A stretch of 64,000 bases of DNA from Octopus vulgaris (lineage: Eukaryota): contig OX597833.1 in the NCBI GenBank assembly GCA_951406725.2, forward strand, positions 68,448,001 to 68,512,000. The letters run 5' to 3'. The position numbers and the translations under genes were made by a program. Below are positions 1 to 13,035 of this stretch, one piece after another. A model generated the notes under the pieces. That model worked only from the letters and a program-made list of their open reading frames with translations. It did not search any database and was not told the origin of the DNA. Position 1 is the stretch's first letter. Each line of letters starts with the position of its first letter.

Positions 1-940
1 GGGGTTCATGTAATGGACTTAATCCCCCACCTTGCTGAGTGTTTCGAGGAAAGAGGCAGACCCTCCGATTAAGAGATTCCCACACATGCAAATATACACA
101 AATAGACGCACTTACATCTCTGTCTTCATATATGTAATCATTTCTGTTGACACTATGCATCATATCCTTATATACGTGTCAGTGGTGGGGAGGCTGTGCA
201 GATGAATATAATAAGTATGTACGCATACATATATAAGTTGGACACATATAAGCATGTATACAGATTTCTTATATGTATGTATATATGCATATATGTATGT
301 AGTTATATATGTATGCATGTGTGTGTAAGTGTATTTGTAGAAGCTGAGCGAAATATTGTGAGCAAAGTAAAGCTAGCGAGAGAACGAAAGCCAGAAGTAT
401 AAAAGACAAAAAAATTATCTCACACGTTTTAATCTTCCTGGCTTCGTATCAACTCAGCTTTTCTTTTTTATGAGACATTTTCTGTCTTTTTATTCTATTC
501 TATTATGTTATCATTTTGTCGATGAAATATCTTTAACCTTTCTTATCCCATGCCAAATACATAACGAGAGAAAGAGTTCATTATTCAAAATAATCTTCTG
601 ATATAACAGGAAAACAAACAACAGAAAATTTCGTTGAAAGCAGACGACACCCACAAATATATATATATACTAAATCACCTCTTGTGTAGAAAGCGGATGT
701 CATGTCAAAGTAAATTATTAACGAAATTTAACGTAACAGCATTTATATTCACATGGTAATTTATTCGGTGGAAGCTCTGGTAAGCTCTTTAATGGAAAAT
801 TTATTAAATATGTAACCGAAAATGAGATTACTAGTTTTAATACATTTGTACATTTATACTACTACTCAATGTAGAATACTATTCTCCAGATACATTGTAT
901 ACACATAGACATATATCTCCACACCTGCGCAGATAAATGC

Positions 941-991
<51 letters not shown>

Positions 992-1020
992 ATATATATA
1001 TATATTTTATATATATATAT

Positions 1021-1075
<55 letters not shown>

Positions 1076-1964
1076 TCATTAAAATCTAGATTCAGTTGAA
1101 TATGGTACTTAAGTTAAAGGCACCACAATTTAGTATAGCATTATCAATATAATTCAAAATGGGGTGATTACAACCAAAATAAGCAACAAGGATATCCAGA
1201 GGTAATGCAGTACGATCGTTTCATGCGACTCCATTTAATTGAACAATGTAAATATTACATCAAATTTTCCGTCCATATTTCAAAAGATTTCTACTGCAAA
1301 ACTTAGTTGCAGAATATATTATTTTCAAGCCTAATTTGACGTTGTGTTTTATACCGATGGCCCAGAAGCATAACCTTTATAATTAGTTATCGTTTTTTAA
1401 ACTACATATCTATAAATCACATAGACCGTTCACTGCTATTTCGGAAATTACGGTGAATGAAACGTATGGCGGAGAAGTGCAAATTTCGTTCACTTTCATC
1501 TTACGTACCTTAAGGAAAATGAACTTGGTATGAGGAACGTAGATTTCAGTTCAGTTTCGCGGTAACAATGTTCGAATATTGCATTGCATTAGCAGTGTTA
1601 ACACTAAATACAATGATTACAGTTCATGAGAAGGAAAAAATACTTCAAATATTTCATAGCTAAGAATATAATAACAGAGATTTAATAACAACTACATCAA
1701 AAATGTATATGAAATGCATTCCACAAAATCAATTTTTGCAAGTCTTTCGCTAAGAGGCTTATGTATAATTATTTCTATCCTTTATCTGCAAGAAAAACAT
1801 TTATAAGTGCATATGTTGAAAAGTATAGTCATGCATACAATCATATATGCGATAAAGTGTGTATCTGCATATAGAAATTTGGATATTCATATATATATAT
1901 GCATGTGTGTATATGTATATATATATATATGTATATGCATGTATATGTACATAGGTATTTATAT

Positions 1965-2020
<56 letters not shown>

Positions 2021-2156
2021 CTGTATTTATATGTATATATACATATGTATATACATATATATATGCGTATATATATGCTTATATATATGCAAATATATAT
2101 ATATGTATATATATATACATATGTATATGTACATATATGTATATATATAATGTATG

Positions 2157-2208
<52 letters not shown>

Positions 2209-2580
2209 TATATATATATACACATTACTAATGTTAATATGACAACAAAAGAATGAATGAGACCTCGATATCATGTAAAATAGATGAATTCATCTATAAA
2301 TATAATATGTGACAATTAGTTTGTTGTCATAATAAAACTCAGTTTCGGATGCCGAGGCTGAAGTCTGCTCCGGCATCTCATCAATTATTAAGACAAACTT
2401 TATGAAAAAAATCCATTGTATACAGGGAAATTACTCCAATACGCATGAGAAATGTAATGCCTCCTTCATAGAATCCGTATATGCACACATGTAGACATAC
2501 ACGTACGCACACACACCTGTATGTATATATATATATATATCTATACACATACTCACACATGCAGGTACATATACATACAA

Positions 2581-2612
<32 letters not shown>

Positions 2613-3639
2613 GTCTACGCATACACGCACAAACACAGGCATATATATACCCACGCACGCATCACTATGCTCATATACACATCTCTACACGTACACACAT
2701 ACATACGCATATATACAAAATGTAGTTTATACGCACATGTATATACATACGCGGAAAACGTGTATACAAATAAAATCACATACACAAAAATGTAGGTATC
2801 ATTTTGTTCATATACACATCTCTATACTCCCATATACATACATACACGGATATAGAAGTTGTGGTCTATACTCACATGCATACAAATTATTTATATATGT
2901 ATATACACAAATACATCCTCTTGTCCGTCAAACACATCTACAACTGCAGATATATAAAAGTATATTGATACATATATGTATGCAGGAAGGAGACAAATAC
3001 AACAGGTAGAGTCTTGCACTCGTACTTATACAATCATTAGGTGTATATTACACGCGTATAAGTTTATACAATTATATATTGTGAAACATTATATTCAGAA
3101 TAATATAGAAAGCAATAAAAAATATATAAGAAATATATAAGAGTTGTTTCGACGTATGAAAGGCTTCCGTACAACAATATTGACCAGGAAATGAAAGCTA
3201 ATAAATATATTCAGTGTTATTTGAACGCAGAAGCCAGACGTTGATTGACACCAGATAGTATTCCACGCAACACGTTGACGACTATGCTTATTCTTATATT
3301 TAATATATCATGTAATTACATATGTAGCTCAAGCAATTTATTTGTATATCGCTCTTCTGTTCTCACTCTCTCTCTCTCTCTCTCTCGCTTTTTCGCACAT
3401 TTCTTTTATATACATGTGTACATAAAGCCACACATACCCGTGCTCTACAAATATTCTCTTATATGTGGGCGTTTGAGTGCATAGGTGCACATGTGTGATT
3501 GTACAAATGTGTGTAAATGATTGTATAGGTATGTATGTGTATATATATGTGTGTGTGCGTGTAAATATATATATATTTATATATATATATATGCAAATGT
3601 ATCTCAGTATATGTCACTGCCAATAAATGTGACGAGTAC

Positions 3640-3849
3640 CTTTCTTTCGTTTATTTACTCACTATGATAGATCGTTAGCCACTGCACACATTTTTCTTCT
3701 CTCCTTGTTTTTTTCAGTGTCCCTTTCTCTAGAAGAGCGTAGGCTCGAAACATAAAAGACTTTTTCTATTCCTGAGCGTTGTAGAAATACATCTGTTTGT
3801 TTTGTACACCACCTGTGTTCGTCTTTTGTTTTTTTCGTAAACTCTCCCT

Positions 3850-3850
<1 letters not shown>
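3640..3850 (+). mobile_element. Penelope-like terminal fragment with a degenerate hammerhead motif
   Basis: 3723-3758 reads cttt-ctctagaa-gagc-gtag-gctc-GAAACATA-aaag. Homologous to 17207-17365 and 63421-63539. The 3' end abuts (CA)n(TA)n. Confidence 0.55.
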
Positions 3851-3894
<44 letters not shown>

Positions 3895-5344
3895 GATGTG
3901 TGAGAGAGAGAGAGTCTGGATGATGGCATGTGTTCGCAACGCGCATGCTTGGTGAGTTGTTTACTTCTGTGCGTCCGCCTGTGTAGGGTGGTATGTCTTC
4001 ATGTATGGAACCCATTATAACATGTCACGGGCTTATTGTTCTCCTCCCAAGTCGGCCCAGTAAATGAAACAATTAAATAATTCGTATTCCTTGTGCTTAT
4101 GTTATACCGATCTACATAGGATACAACACATTCACATAAATTCAATTCATCAATTAACATATTATTCACAAATTGATGATAGATTACGAGAAATTTCGAA
4201 GAAGAAATGATAAAATAAAATATCAAAAAAAAAAGCTATCTAACAAACTGCACTCAGATAAGACAATAACCTAGATATACATAAGTCAATTATGCATGAA
4301 TTGACCGATCGTTGAACGTGGTATTAAGGAAGTTAAGATATTTATACTTGGGGAAGACACACAAAACAGAGGCATTCGTTAGCAACTCACAAAAGGGAGA
4401 GCATTTTAATAAATTAACATATATTAAGAAAAATAAAAAGAAAGAAGCTATTTATAAAGTACAGGGAAGGTGCGCTCATCGTTAGCGGGGACTGTGACAG
4501 CTGCTGCCGTGTTATACATTGCGCTGATCGAAAAACTATGACGTAAATGGACGAGTATGCAAATACATATCGGAATCAAACAAGACTGGTGAATATATAT
4601 TAGGATATGATTGATTTTTATGCGTTTTTGATAGCTGTTGGGAGAGAGAAAAAAAAACAGAACATTAAACAAATTTTGTTTTAGTAATAATTTAGGGGAA
4701 AAAAATAGAACTATTGAAAGTAAAATACAATTAGATTATAAAATTATTTTCACAGTTTTTCTCTTTTTTTTATTTTTACTAATTGAATCAGTAAATTTTT
4801 ACAAAATCGATTTTGTTGTTGTACGGTTCCTACCAGTTTTTTAATTTTATGCGGAACCATGAATGATGATGAAGCTTTATAGCATTTTAGGTCCCTCTAG
4901 CGATGACAAGAGATAACAGAAAAATACAAATAAAAAAAAACAGTAACTGTTTAATGATGAATAAAAATTAAGAAAGTGAAAACAGAAAATACAGTGAGAA
5001 GATTAGAGGAAACTTGATTAAAGGAAAAGAAAAGGACGAATTCATTTGAGAAAATGGAGGAGGAGAATAGTGTGGAAACCGGTGGGAGAGAGAGAAGGAG
5101 AGAGAGAGAGAGAAGGAGAACGATATTGAGATGATGTTTAATGAAAGAAAAGAGTAGCAACATGTAGAATGATTGTGTTGAATAAAAACAAGTCAACTGA
5201 GAATAAACGAAGAAAAAAAATACCATTTGGAAGATAAAAACAGAAGGAAAAAAAATTAACACAGAATAAGCAAGAAAAACTCTAATCATACAGAAAGCAT
5301 GAAAGAAGCGTTGAGAGAAAGATTGCCTAGTTCAAAAGGAGAGA

Positions 5345-5980
5345 AGCTTTGTGTTGCGTCAGTTCGCTCTGTAAATCAGGTGCTTTCGGGTTCAATCCAA
5401 CGGTACTGCACCTAGGGCGGCGAGCTGGCAGAAATCGTTAGCACGCCGGGCGAAATGCGTAGCCGTATTTCGTCTGCCGTTACGTTCTGAATTCAAATTC
5501 CGCCGAGGTTGACTGTGCCTTTCATCCTTTCGGGTTCAATAAATTACGTACCAGTTACGCACTGGAGGCGATATGGTCGACTTAATCCGTCTGTCTGTCC
5601 TTGTTTGTCTCCTCTGTGTTTAGCCCCTTGTGGGTAGTAAAGAAATAGGTACTGCACCTAGGGCGTGTATTATTATAGCCCCAGGATTATTCATGACTTA
5701 GGAGTGAATATGGTTGATGGAGAATGTGTAGAAGTTTATCATATCCATGCTCTCTTTCTCTCTGGCATGGGCAGACACAAGTATATCATTGCACGATTGA
5801 GTGTTCGTGTTTATCCACCCATTGTTACGTAAATGGTGTTGGTCGGTTTACGTTCCGTAACGTAGTGGTTCGGCAAATATGACAAACAGAATAAGTACCA
5901 TACTCAAAAACTCAGCACTGGTGTCCACCCGATCGACTGAATCATTCAACACGTTCGCAATCTGATGATCAAAACAAGTA
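5345..5980 (+). mobile_element. Old diverged SINE family A copy, interrupted by a SINE B
   Basis: Degenerate matches to the family A head (gggttcaatcc), middle and 3' part (gtggttcggcaaa...agaataagtacc...aaacaagta). Confidence 0.55.
5416..5650 (+). mobile_element. tRNA-derived SINE family B, nested insertion with TSD
   Basis: Head ggcggcgagctggcagaa, B-box-like ttcaaattcc and core gcctttcatcctttcggg..aataaattacgtacc. Flanked by the 18-bp direct repeat ggtactgcacctagggcg (5402-5419 and 5648-5665). Confidence 0.85.
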
Positions 5981-6229
5981 TATAATAATATAATATAATA
6001 TAATATAAAATATTACACACACACACATACATGTATGTATAAGTGTGTGTGTTCACGCCCACGTGACTTAGCGTTTTAACAAACGTGACTGAGAGGATAA
6101 ATACTAGGCGTACAAAAATAAATCATGGGCTCTATTTATTCGACTAAAACTATTTAAGGCAATACTCCAGCATGGCCGTTGACAGTTGACTGACACATGT
6201 AAACGAATAGAAGACTTAATATACACACT

Positions 6230-6303
<74 letters not shown>

Positions 6304-6405
6304 GGAGTAAACACATAAATGTGAAACAAGGTGGAAAAAAGAGTACTCAAATACCAGTGGTAGAGTAATATGCTTTACTTTAAGCAGCAGAAAATTCAAC
6401 AAAAT

Positions 6406-6443
6406 CTGTTACTCTGAGTTTCTCGTTGCCGTTCATCAGACAG
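6406..6443 (-). ncRNA. Minimal type-I hammerhead ribozyme motif (mirror copy)
   Basis: Exact reverse complement of 6490-6527 within the palindrome. Confidence 0.65.
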
Positions 6444-6489
6444 TTTTTGCTAGAATGGAACTGATATATCAGTTCCATTCTAGCAAAAA

Positions 6490-6527
6490 CTGTCTGATGA
6501 ACGGCAACGAGAAACTCAGAGTAACAG
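6490..6527 (+). ncRNA. Minimal type-I hammerhead ribozyme motif
   Basis: ctgt-CTGATGA-acggcaacga-GAAA-ctcaga-GTA-acag. Stem I is ctgt/acag; the core nucleotides are intact; stem II is cg-GCAA-cg with an A.A closing mismatch; stem III is ACTC-A-GAGT; predicted cleavage triplet GUA. Confidence 0.65.
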
Positions 6528-7090
6528 ATTTTGTTGAATTTTCTGCTGCTTAAAATAAAGTATATATATATATATATATATCGAAATTCAGGGACTCGAA
6601 TAGAGAAAACTCATGGTACATGTGTTTCTGAACTCGCTGAAGCTCGTTGTGCAATTGCTATGCAAACAATCTAAAACGAAAATGTAAAACATCTATTTTA
6701 CCTGTTCTACTGCCTCAATTTCGATTTTTATTGGAAACTTTTTGCAGCTTTAGTTGCTATCTATGGGCTACATAGACACTATAAGCTTATCGAACTTCGA
6801 TATGGGAAAAATAACGCTTGAGGTCAATAAATTTTTTATTGCATTTTATATTCTGTCCACTTTTAGTTCTCTATATCAGACACTTATTGACTGAAGCTTT
6901 CGATCTTCCTACATTCGGATAACCAGATCTTACACGCACAGACACACACATATACAAGCACACAAATATAGGTGTTTAGTTCACAGGTAATCTAAATTAC
7001 TAGGGCTTGAAGCTCATGGCCAGGACGGGATTCATGGAACCATTGTAGATTTTCGTTATAGAGGATATATATATATATATTTTTTTTTAA

Positions 7091-7211
7091 GGGGACAACA
7101 AACGCTAAGGTAAGACAAACATCTCAAGGCATGTACGTGATTACTGTTAGAAAAATTTTCCTAATAATGATAACGTGTATGTCTGTCTTACCTTAGCGTT
7201 TGTTGCCCACT
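7091..7211. mobile_element. MITE with terminal inverted repeats, flanked by TTAA (Kolobok-like termini)
   Basis: Perfect 22-bp IR caacaaacgctaaggtaagaca (7096-7117 and 7184-7205), extending to ~30 bp with mismatches. TTAA at 7087-7090 and 7212-7215. Confidence 0.65.
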
Positions 7212-7220
7212 TTAACATAC

Positions 7221-7269
<49 letters not shown>

Positions 7270-7271
<2 letters not shown>

Positions 7272-7446
7272 CGCAGGAGTGGCTGTGTGGTAGGTAGCTT
7301 GTTTACCAACCACATGGTACCGGACCGGGTTCAGTCCGGTACCGGGTTCAGAGGCACCTTGAGCAAGTGTCTTCTGCTATAGCCTCGGGCCGACCAAAGC
7401 CTTGTGAGTGGATTTGGTAGACGGAAACTGAAAGAAACCCGTCGTA

Positions 7447-7490
<44 letters not shown>

Positions 7491-7697
7491 TGTGTGTGTT
7501 TGTGTCTGTGTTTGTCCTCCTAGCATTGCTTGACAACCGATGCTGGTGTGTTTATGTCCCCGTTACATAGAATGAGTACTGGGCTTACAAAAGAATAAGT
7601 TCCGGGGTCGAGTTGCTCGATTAAAGGCCGTGCTCCAGCATGGCCGCAGTCAAATGACTGAAACAAGTAAAAGAATAAAAGAAAGAAAGAAAGAATA
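7270..7697 (+). mobile_element. tRNA-derived SINE family A (octopus-type) with internal (TA)n(TG)n
   Basis: Head ggcgcaggagtggctgtgtgg (A-box-like), ggttcagtcc (B-box-like) and tail gactgaaacaagtaaaaga. Homologous to more than 10 copies in the window. Confidence 0.9.
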
Positions 7698-7714
7698 AAT
7701 AATATATACACTAA

Positions 7715-8790
7715 CACGCGGTATGTTCATTAAAGGTTTTCCGAAACCGACTTTCTCTTATTGCATGAAATGGATCATGTACTTTTATAACTATACATGT
7801 GTTTATATGTCGCATTTTAAATTGCAGCTTTCCACTAGTATTCGTAATTGTAGAATAAGGTGTTATTATAATGGAGGTAGTTGAAAGCCGATCATTGATA
7901 AGGTTCTTATAATTGTAAGATCTTACACGGAAAGAATATTTCGATGAGGCGAAATAGGTATATGGTGACGATTCAGCAAAATACGACGTAGTCAAACACT
8001 GGCGTTGCCGATTCAAATGTGGTGGGACATCGGTAGAAACTGATCTTATTCCTCGACGACCACATTCCGTTATTGTAGACGACACCATCCATAAAGTGGA
8101 AGCTGCCATTTTAAAGGATCGCCTCGTAAATATTCGGTAACTAGCTGAAGAAGTGAAGATAGTTGTAGGATCCGTGGAAAAAATATCATTCATGATGATT
8201 TAGACGTGCGAAAGTTGTCTGCACAATGGGTTCCCCGGATGCTCACACGTTTCCACATGCAGGAAACGAGTTAATTGCTTCCAAGCTCTTTTGGCAATGT
8301 ACCAAGAAAACGAGGAGGATTTTTTCGGCAGACGTATCACACAGGATGCAACATGATTCCCTCACTATGATATTGTGACGAAAGTCCACTCGAAGCAATG
8401 GAAGCACAACTCCCCACCTCCGAAGGAGGCTTTGTGTCCAACCCTCACCAGATTTTAGGACCTGCACGGAGTAGTGATGATGGATTTTCTGGCAAACGGC
8501 ACCAAAATTATCGGGGATTATTGTGCTTCTCTGCCGCAGAAATTGCGCGTTGCAATGAAAGCAGAGGGGCATGGCATGCTGACCAAAGTAGTTCGCCTTC
8601 TCCATGACAAAATCCCAGCTCACAATGTGCATGTTGCCCAGATGAGAGCACACTCCTGCGGTTATGAAATTCTTCGTCATCCACCTTACTCTTCCAACCT
8701 CGCACCATCTAATTTCCACCTCTCTCCAAAGATGAAGTCTCTTTTGAAGCGTGTGACAATCACTGGTTGGCGATGCGAAGTGGTTCTCAG
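7715..8790 (+). pseudogene. Dead mariner (DD34D-type) transposase remnant
   Basis: From ATG 7871: MEVVESRSLIRFL*...VYGDDSAKYDVVKHW...LSAQWVPRMLT (8227), TQDAT*FPHYD, LLHDKIPAH and HPPYSSNLAPSNFHL. These match the mariner WVPHEL, TGDETW, HDNA and YSPDLAPSD motifs. Many stops and frameshifts. Confidence 0.92.
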
Positions 8791-8829
8791 TGCACATATT
8801 TATATATTAATTTTTCAGAGATTTAATAT

Positions 8830-8884
<55 letters not shown>

Positions 8885-11069
8885 ATGTATATATAAATTA
8901 AATATAGTTAATATTCAATGTGTTCACTTGAAGCAGATCTATGATTCCACTATTATATTCAGTATGTAGTTGTTATATTTATGTGAGGTATCTATTAGAA
9001 GCTGAAAATTGTGTAGAATTATGTATATATTTGAAAAGTTATTATATAATATTATACAACTTTTCAAATAATGCCAAAAAAATGTCCCGACTTCCTCTCT
9101 TGGTATGTGCAAATGCGCGCACAGCGCTGCAGTGGAATATTTTCCGTACATTTCAGAAAATAATATCGCAACTTTAATTATAAAAAGATATACGTGAGTA
9201 ACGTTGCAGGTTGCACCGAGGGAAAAGAAGATAAAATTTGGAAAATTCTTACTTTTCAACGATTTTGATTTAACAGTAACCTTGGTTACGATGTCTTTAA
9301 GCATTGATTCTAACAAATAGAGAGATAACATCTCACAGTAAAACTGAATAAAAAACATATAAGAAATTGCATGAAGTGAGGCCTTCTGTGAAATAACATT
9401 TGTTTTCAAAATCCAAAGAGAGATCCAACCATTTTAGTTTACATATATTTTGCCATTGCCTAGTTACGTGTCAGTATCTATTATACTCTGCATTGTAGAG
9501 AGAGTATGTAATATACGTTATTTCTTATATTTTAAAGTTTCGTTTTGTGGGATGCATAAAAAATATATGATTATCTTCAGCGGAATACAGGTGAATAAAA
9601 TATCTGTCTACCTTCTAGCATCTATCGATCATCTATCTATCTATGATCTCTCTCCTACGCCTCCCTCTCACATGCAATCTCACAAAGACACAGAGGAAGT
9701 TTCACATGAAAACTTATGTAAGCGTGGTACAAACTTCACATGCACACTTATGTAAGATTGGTACAAACCAATTATTAATGTAAATTCTACAAACTATTAC
9801 TGATAAATATATATAAAAAAAGAGAGGTTATGACTGTGGCAAAATAACGAATGCAATATTTACTAAACAAATGAATATTTAGACATGAAATATCATTAAA
9901 AATGATTAGAAATGGAAATCAAATGTGGAAGTATTATCGCGTGGCTAGCGGAAAAACCGCTCGGAGTGCGACCTGTCTGCTAGTATGAATATTATGCCAA
10001 TTATATGGATAAAACTCTTGCAAATTGAAGTGATAACAACTTTTTTCACAAAACTTTTGTTCGTTGCACCATACAATTAGTATTTTTTTTTTTATATTAT
10101 AACATAAACACGTTTGCATATTTGATTTAGCCAACGAACCAAATATTGAAAAAAATAACTTGGAAACTTGTAACAAAGCAACGTCAGAGCAGCATGTCAC
10201 ATGTGAAGTTCCCGATATATTTTTTATCTTTCCACCTGTTCTTCTTCATGAAACTAATAATAAACGTTTATTTTTTTTTTATCTCAACTCACGATACAAT
10301 TAATTTAAGCATAGAAGAGATTTTCTCTTCCAATATTTCATTTATTAATTAAAACGGTCTTTATGGGAACGTTCTCACACAGAAATTCGTTGAAAGAAAT
10401 TTATCTTTTGAAATGTTTACGAGTCAATATTTTATCACAAGGTAACTGTGACATACATAGAGAAGCGTACGTGTAGATATTTACTTGAATGCATACTACT
10501 CCTATCTCTTTCTCTCTATCTCTCTTTCTCTCTATCCTACGCCTTCTCCTCGCACGCAAGCTCACAAAGAGACAGAGGAAGTTTCACATACAAACTGAAG
10601 TATATTCAATTACGAACACACACGGGCATACGTAAATACACACATATATACATATACATATATTTATATATCTGTGTGTATGTGTATTTGTGTTAATAAA
10701 TACATATAGCTATATTTATGCACACACACCACACACCAGTGTGTGTGTGTATGTCTGAGCGTGTATGTAGAAATACGCATATATGCGTGTTGTGTGTGTG
10801 AGTATGTGTCCGTTTGTCACCTGGTGCGATGTGTTTATATCAACGTAACCTAGCAGTACTGAAACAAGTGAAAGATAAAGTATAAACTATCCTAAGATAC
10901 CAACCACTGCACACTGATGTATTAATATTCGCCACTAATTAGAAAACTTAACCAAAGAAAGCACATGGTTGATGATAACTCAATAAGACTGAAACTTGTA
11001 AATAAAAAAACATTTTGTGCTTCTGCAATATATACAACTCTAATCTCTACCTAATGTTCTCTTCTAGTA

Positions 11070-11652
11070 AGGCAGCGAGCTGGCAGAGATGTTACTCGCT
11101 GGGCGAAATGCTTAGCGGTATTTTGTCTACCGTTACGTTCTGAGTTGAAATTCCACTGAGGTCGACTTTGCCTTTCATCCTTTCGGGGTCGATAAATTAA
11201 GTACCAGTTACGCACTGGGGTTGATGTAATCGACTTAATCCGTTTGTCTGTCCTTGTTTGTACCCTCTGTGTTTAGCCCCTTGTGGGTAGTAAAGAAATA
11301 GGCATTTCGTCTGCCGCTACGTTCTGAGTTCAAATTCCGCCGAGGTCGACTTTGCCTTTCATCCTTTCAGGGTCGATTAAATAAGTACCAGTTACGCACT
11401 GGAGTCGATGTCATCGACTTAATCCGTTTGTCTCTCCTTGTTTGTCCTCTCTGTGTTTGGCCCCTTGTGGGTAGTAAAGAAATAGGTATTTCGTCGGTCT
11501 TTACGTTCTGAGTTCAAATTCTGCCGAGGGCGACTTTGCTTTCATCCTTCTCGGGTCGATAAATTAAGTACCTGTTACGTACTGGCGTCGATCTAATCGA
11601 CTGGCCCACTCCCCAAATATTTCGGGTTTTGTGCCTAGAGTAGAAAATAATA
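11070..11652 (+). mobile_element. SINE family B with three tandem body units (~184 bp period)
   Basis: One head (aggcagcgagctggcag) is followed by three copies of ..acgttctgagttcaaattccgccgaggtcgactttgcctttcatcc.. . The first two end gtagtaaagaaatagg; the third ends in a different tail (..gtgcctagagtagaaaataatatt). Confidence 0.85.
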
Positions 11653-13035
11653 TTCTCTTCTGGCTTCCTCTATATTACTATCACTACTATGCTACGCACT
11701 GTTCCCTGCATTATTTATGTTTCCAGTAGTTTAACATTTGTTTATCACATGGGTGACGTCTCTGTATTTTCTCAATATATGCACATTGCAACACTTTCTA
11801 ACGTGAGAGAAAATCGATATGAAAAAAATTACGTGGTTGGTGTGTTCCATGCATATTTATATATCGTATTTGACGACACATTAAAAGCCAAATATTGCTA
11901 CGGCAGTAATATTTTGGTAAAGTTGCAAGAGAGCGTGTATTGCCGTTTATTGAATAAAGCGAATAAAAATATCACCTGTTTTAGAAACTTGCGTCGTAAA
12001 TTAGTTTACAGGAACTGACTAATATGAAAGTTTATTTTCCCGTAATATCATGTTGTTGAAATAGTTGAATGTAACGAAAGCGAATTCAATATATTCAGGA
12101 AGAAAATGAAACAGAAAATACAAAACAAAATTAACAAAAGATAATTATTGAAAAATACAATATTAAATGATCATCTGTTGGTCTGTATGCGAAATATAAT
12201 CTCGTGTGATATCAACATCTGCCAAGAAAGGATATCAACTTCTCGTGTATATTTCACTCCGTAAGAAAACAAAAATTGCTTTCCCAATTATTCCATAAGA
12301 TTAAAAATCTTAAAAAAAGTGTCGGCCCACGTTTTAAGTACATAGAACCGTATGTATGGAAAAGCTTGCAAATAAATATGGTAATGTGTATGTTTGATGT
12401 ATGGAAGCGCAAAGCAGCATAACAAGTCATTAAAATTCTGCCTAATATTTCCGTTAATTTGATAAAATAAAACGAAAAATAGACGTGTTTCGGAATAAAT
12501 GAACATAACAAATCAAATTTAAATGTAAAAATTAAAATACCTCTTCTAAAAGGCAAACAGCAGTTGAATATTAAAATATTTCCTTTTACTTTTTTTTTTT
12601 GTGTTTACGTCTTCAGAATCTAAATTGACAACCATCTTGTGAGAGCCATCGAGGAAAGCAATTACCGAAATGGCATAGAACCAAACTGCTACTAATTTTT
12701 TAAAATTTATTTGAATATAGTTGATAATTGACTCGTTGAAGACATGTGAGAAGCAGCATGGGAAAACTGAGACCGATATAACATCGTCTAACATTAAACT
12801 GACACAATTCTAAGTACATCCAATCATTCTAACCGTGTAATGTAAGGTGTGCGCAGGTGCAAAATAATGTGTGATTTAAAGAGTAGTTAACGAAGTCGTA
12901 CCTCTGCCGTCCAAGTTATGGACTATCGTTTGCCTCTGGCGGAGAATCTTTAGCTGTGGATGAAAAGTTCCTATTTACTCTGGTTGGGTACCCACATAAT
13001 GCCGCGTCTAGTTAATTTCTTTGTGATTACGAAAC

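Larger units (their letters stand above)
6301..6560 (-). mobile_element. Penelope-like element terminal (pLTR) fragment with an inverted duplicate, forming a palindrome between (TA)n tracts
   Basis: 6373-6466 is the reverse complement of 6467-6560 (1 mismatch, no spacer). Each arm carries a CTGATGA..GAAAC..GTA hammerhead-like motif. Both ends abut (TA)n. Inverted pLTR segments and minimal hammerheads are known Penelope-like features. Confidence 0.7.

Noticed and set aside
11070-11652. CRISPR-like or ncRNA array
   Set aside because: The units are SINE body repeats with no unique spacers, there are no cas genes, and the context is eukaryotic.
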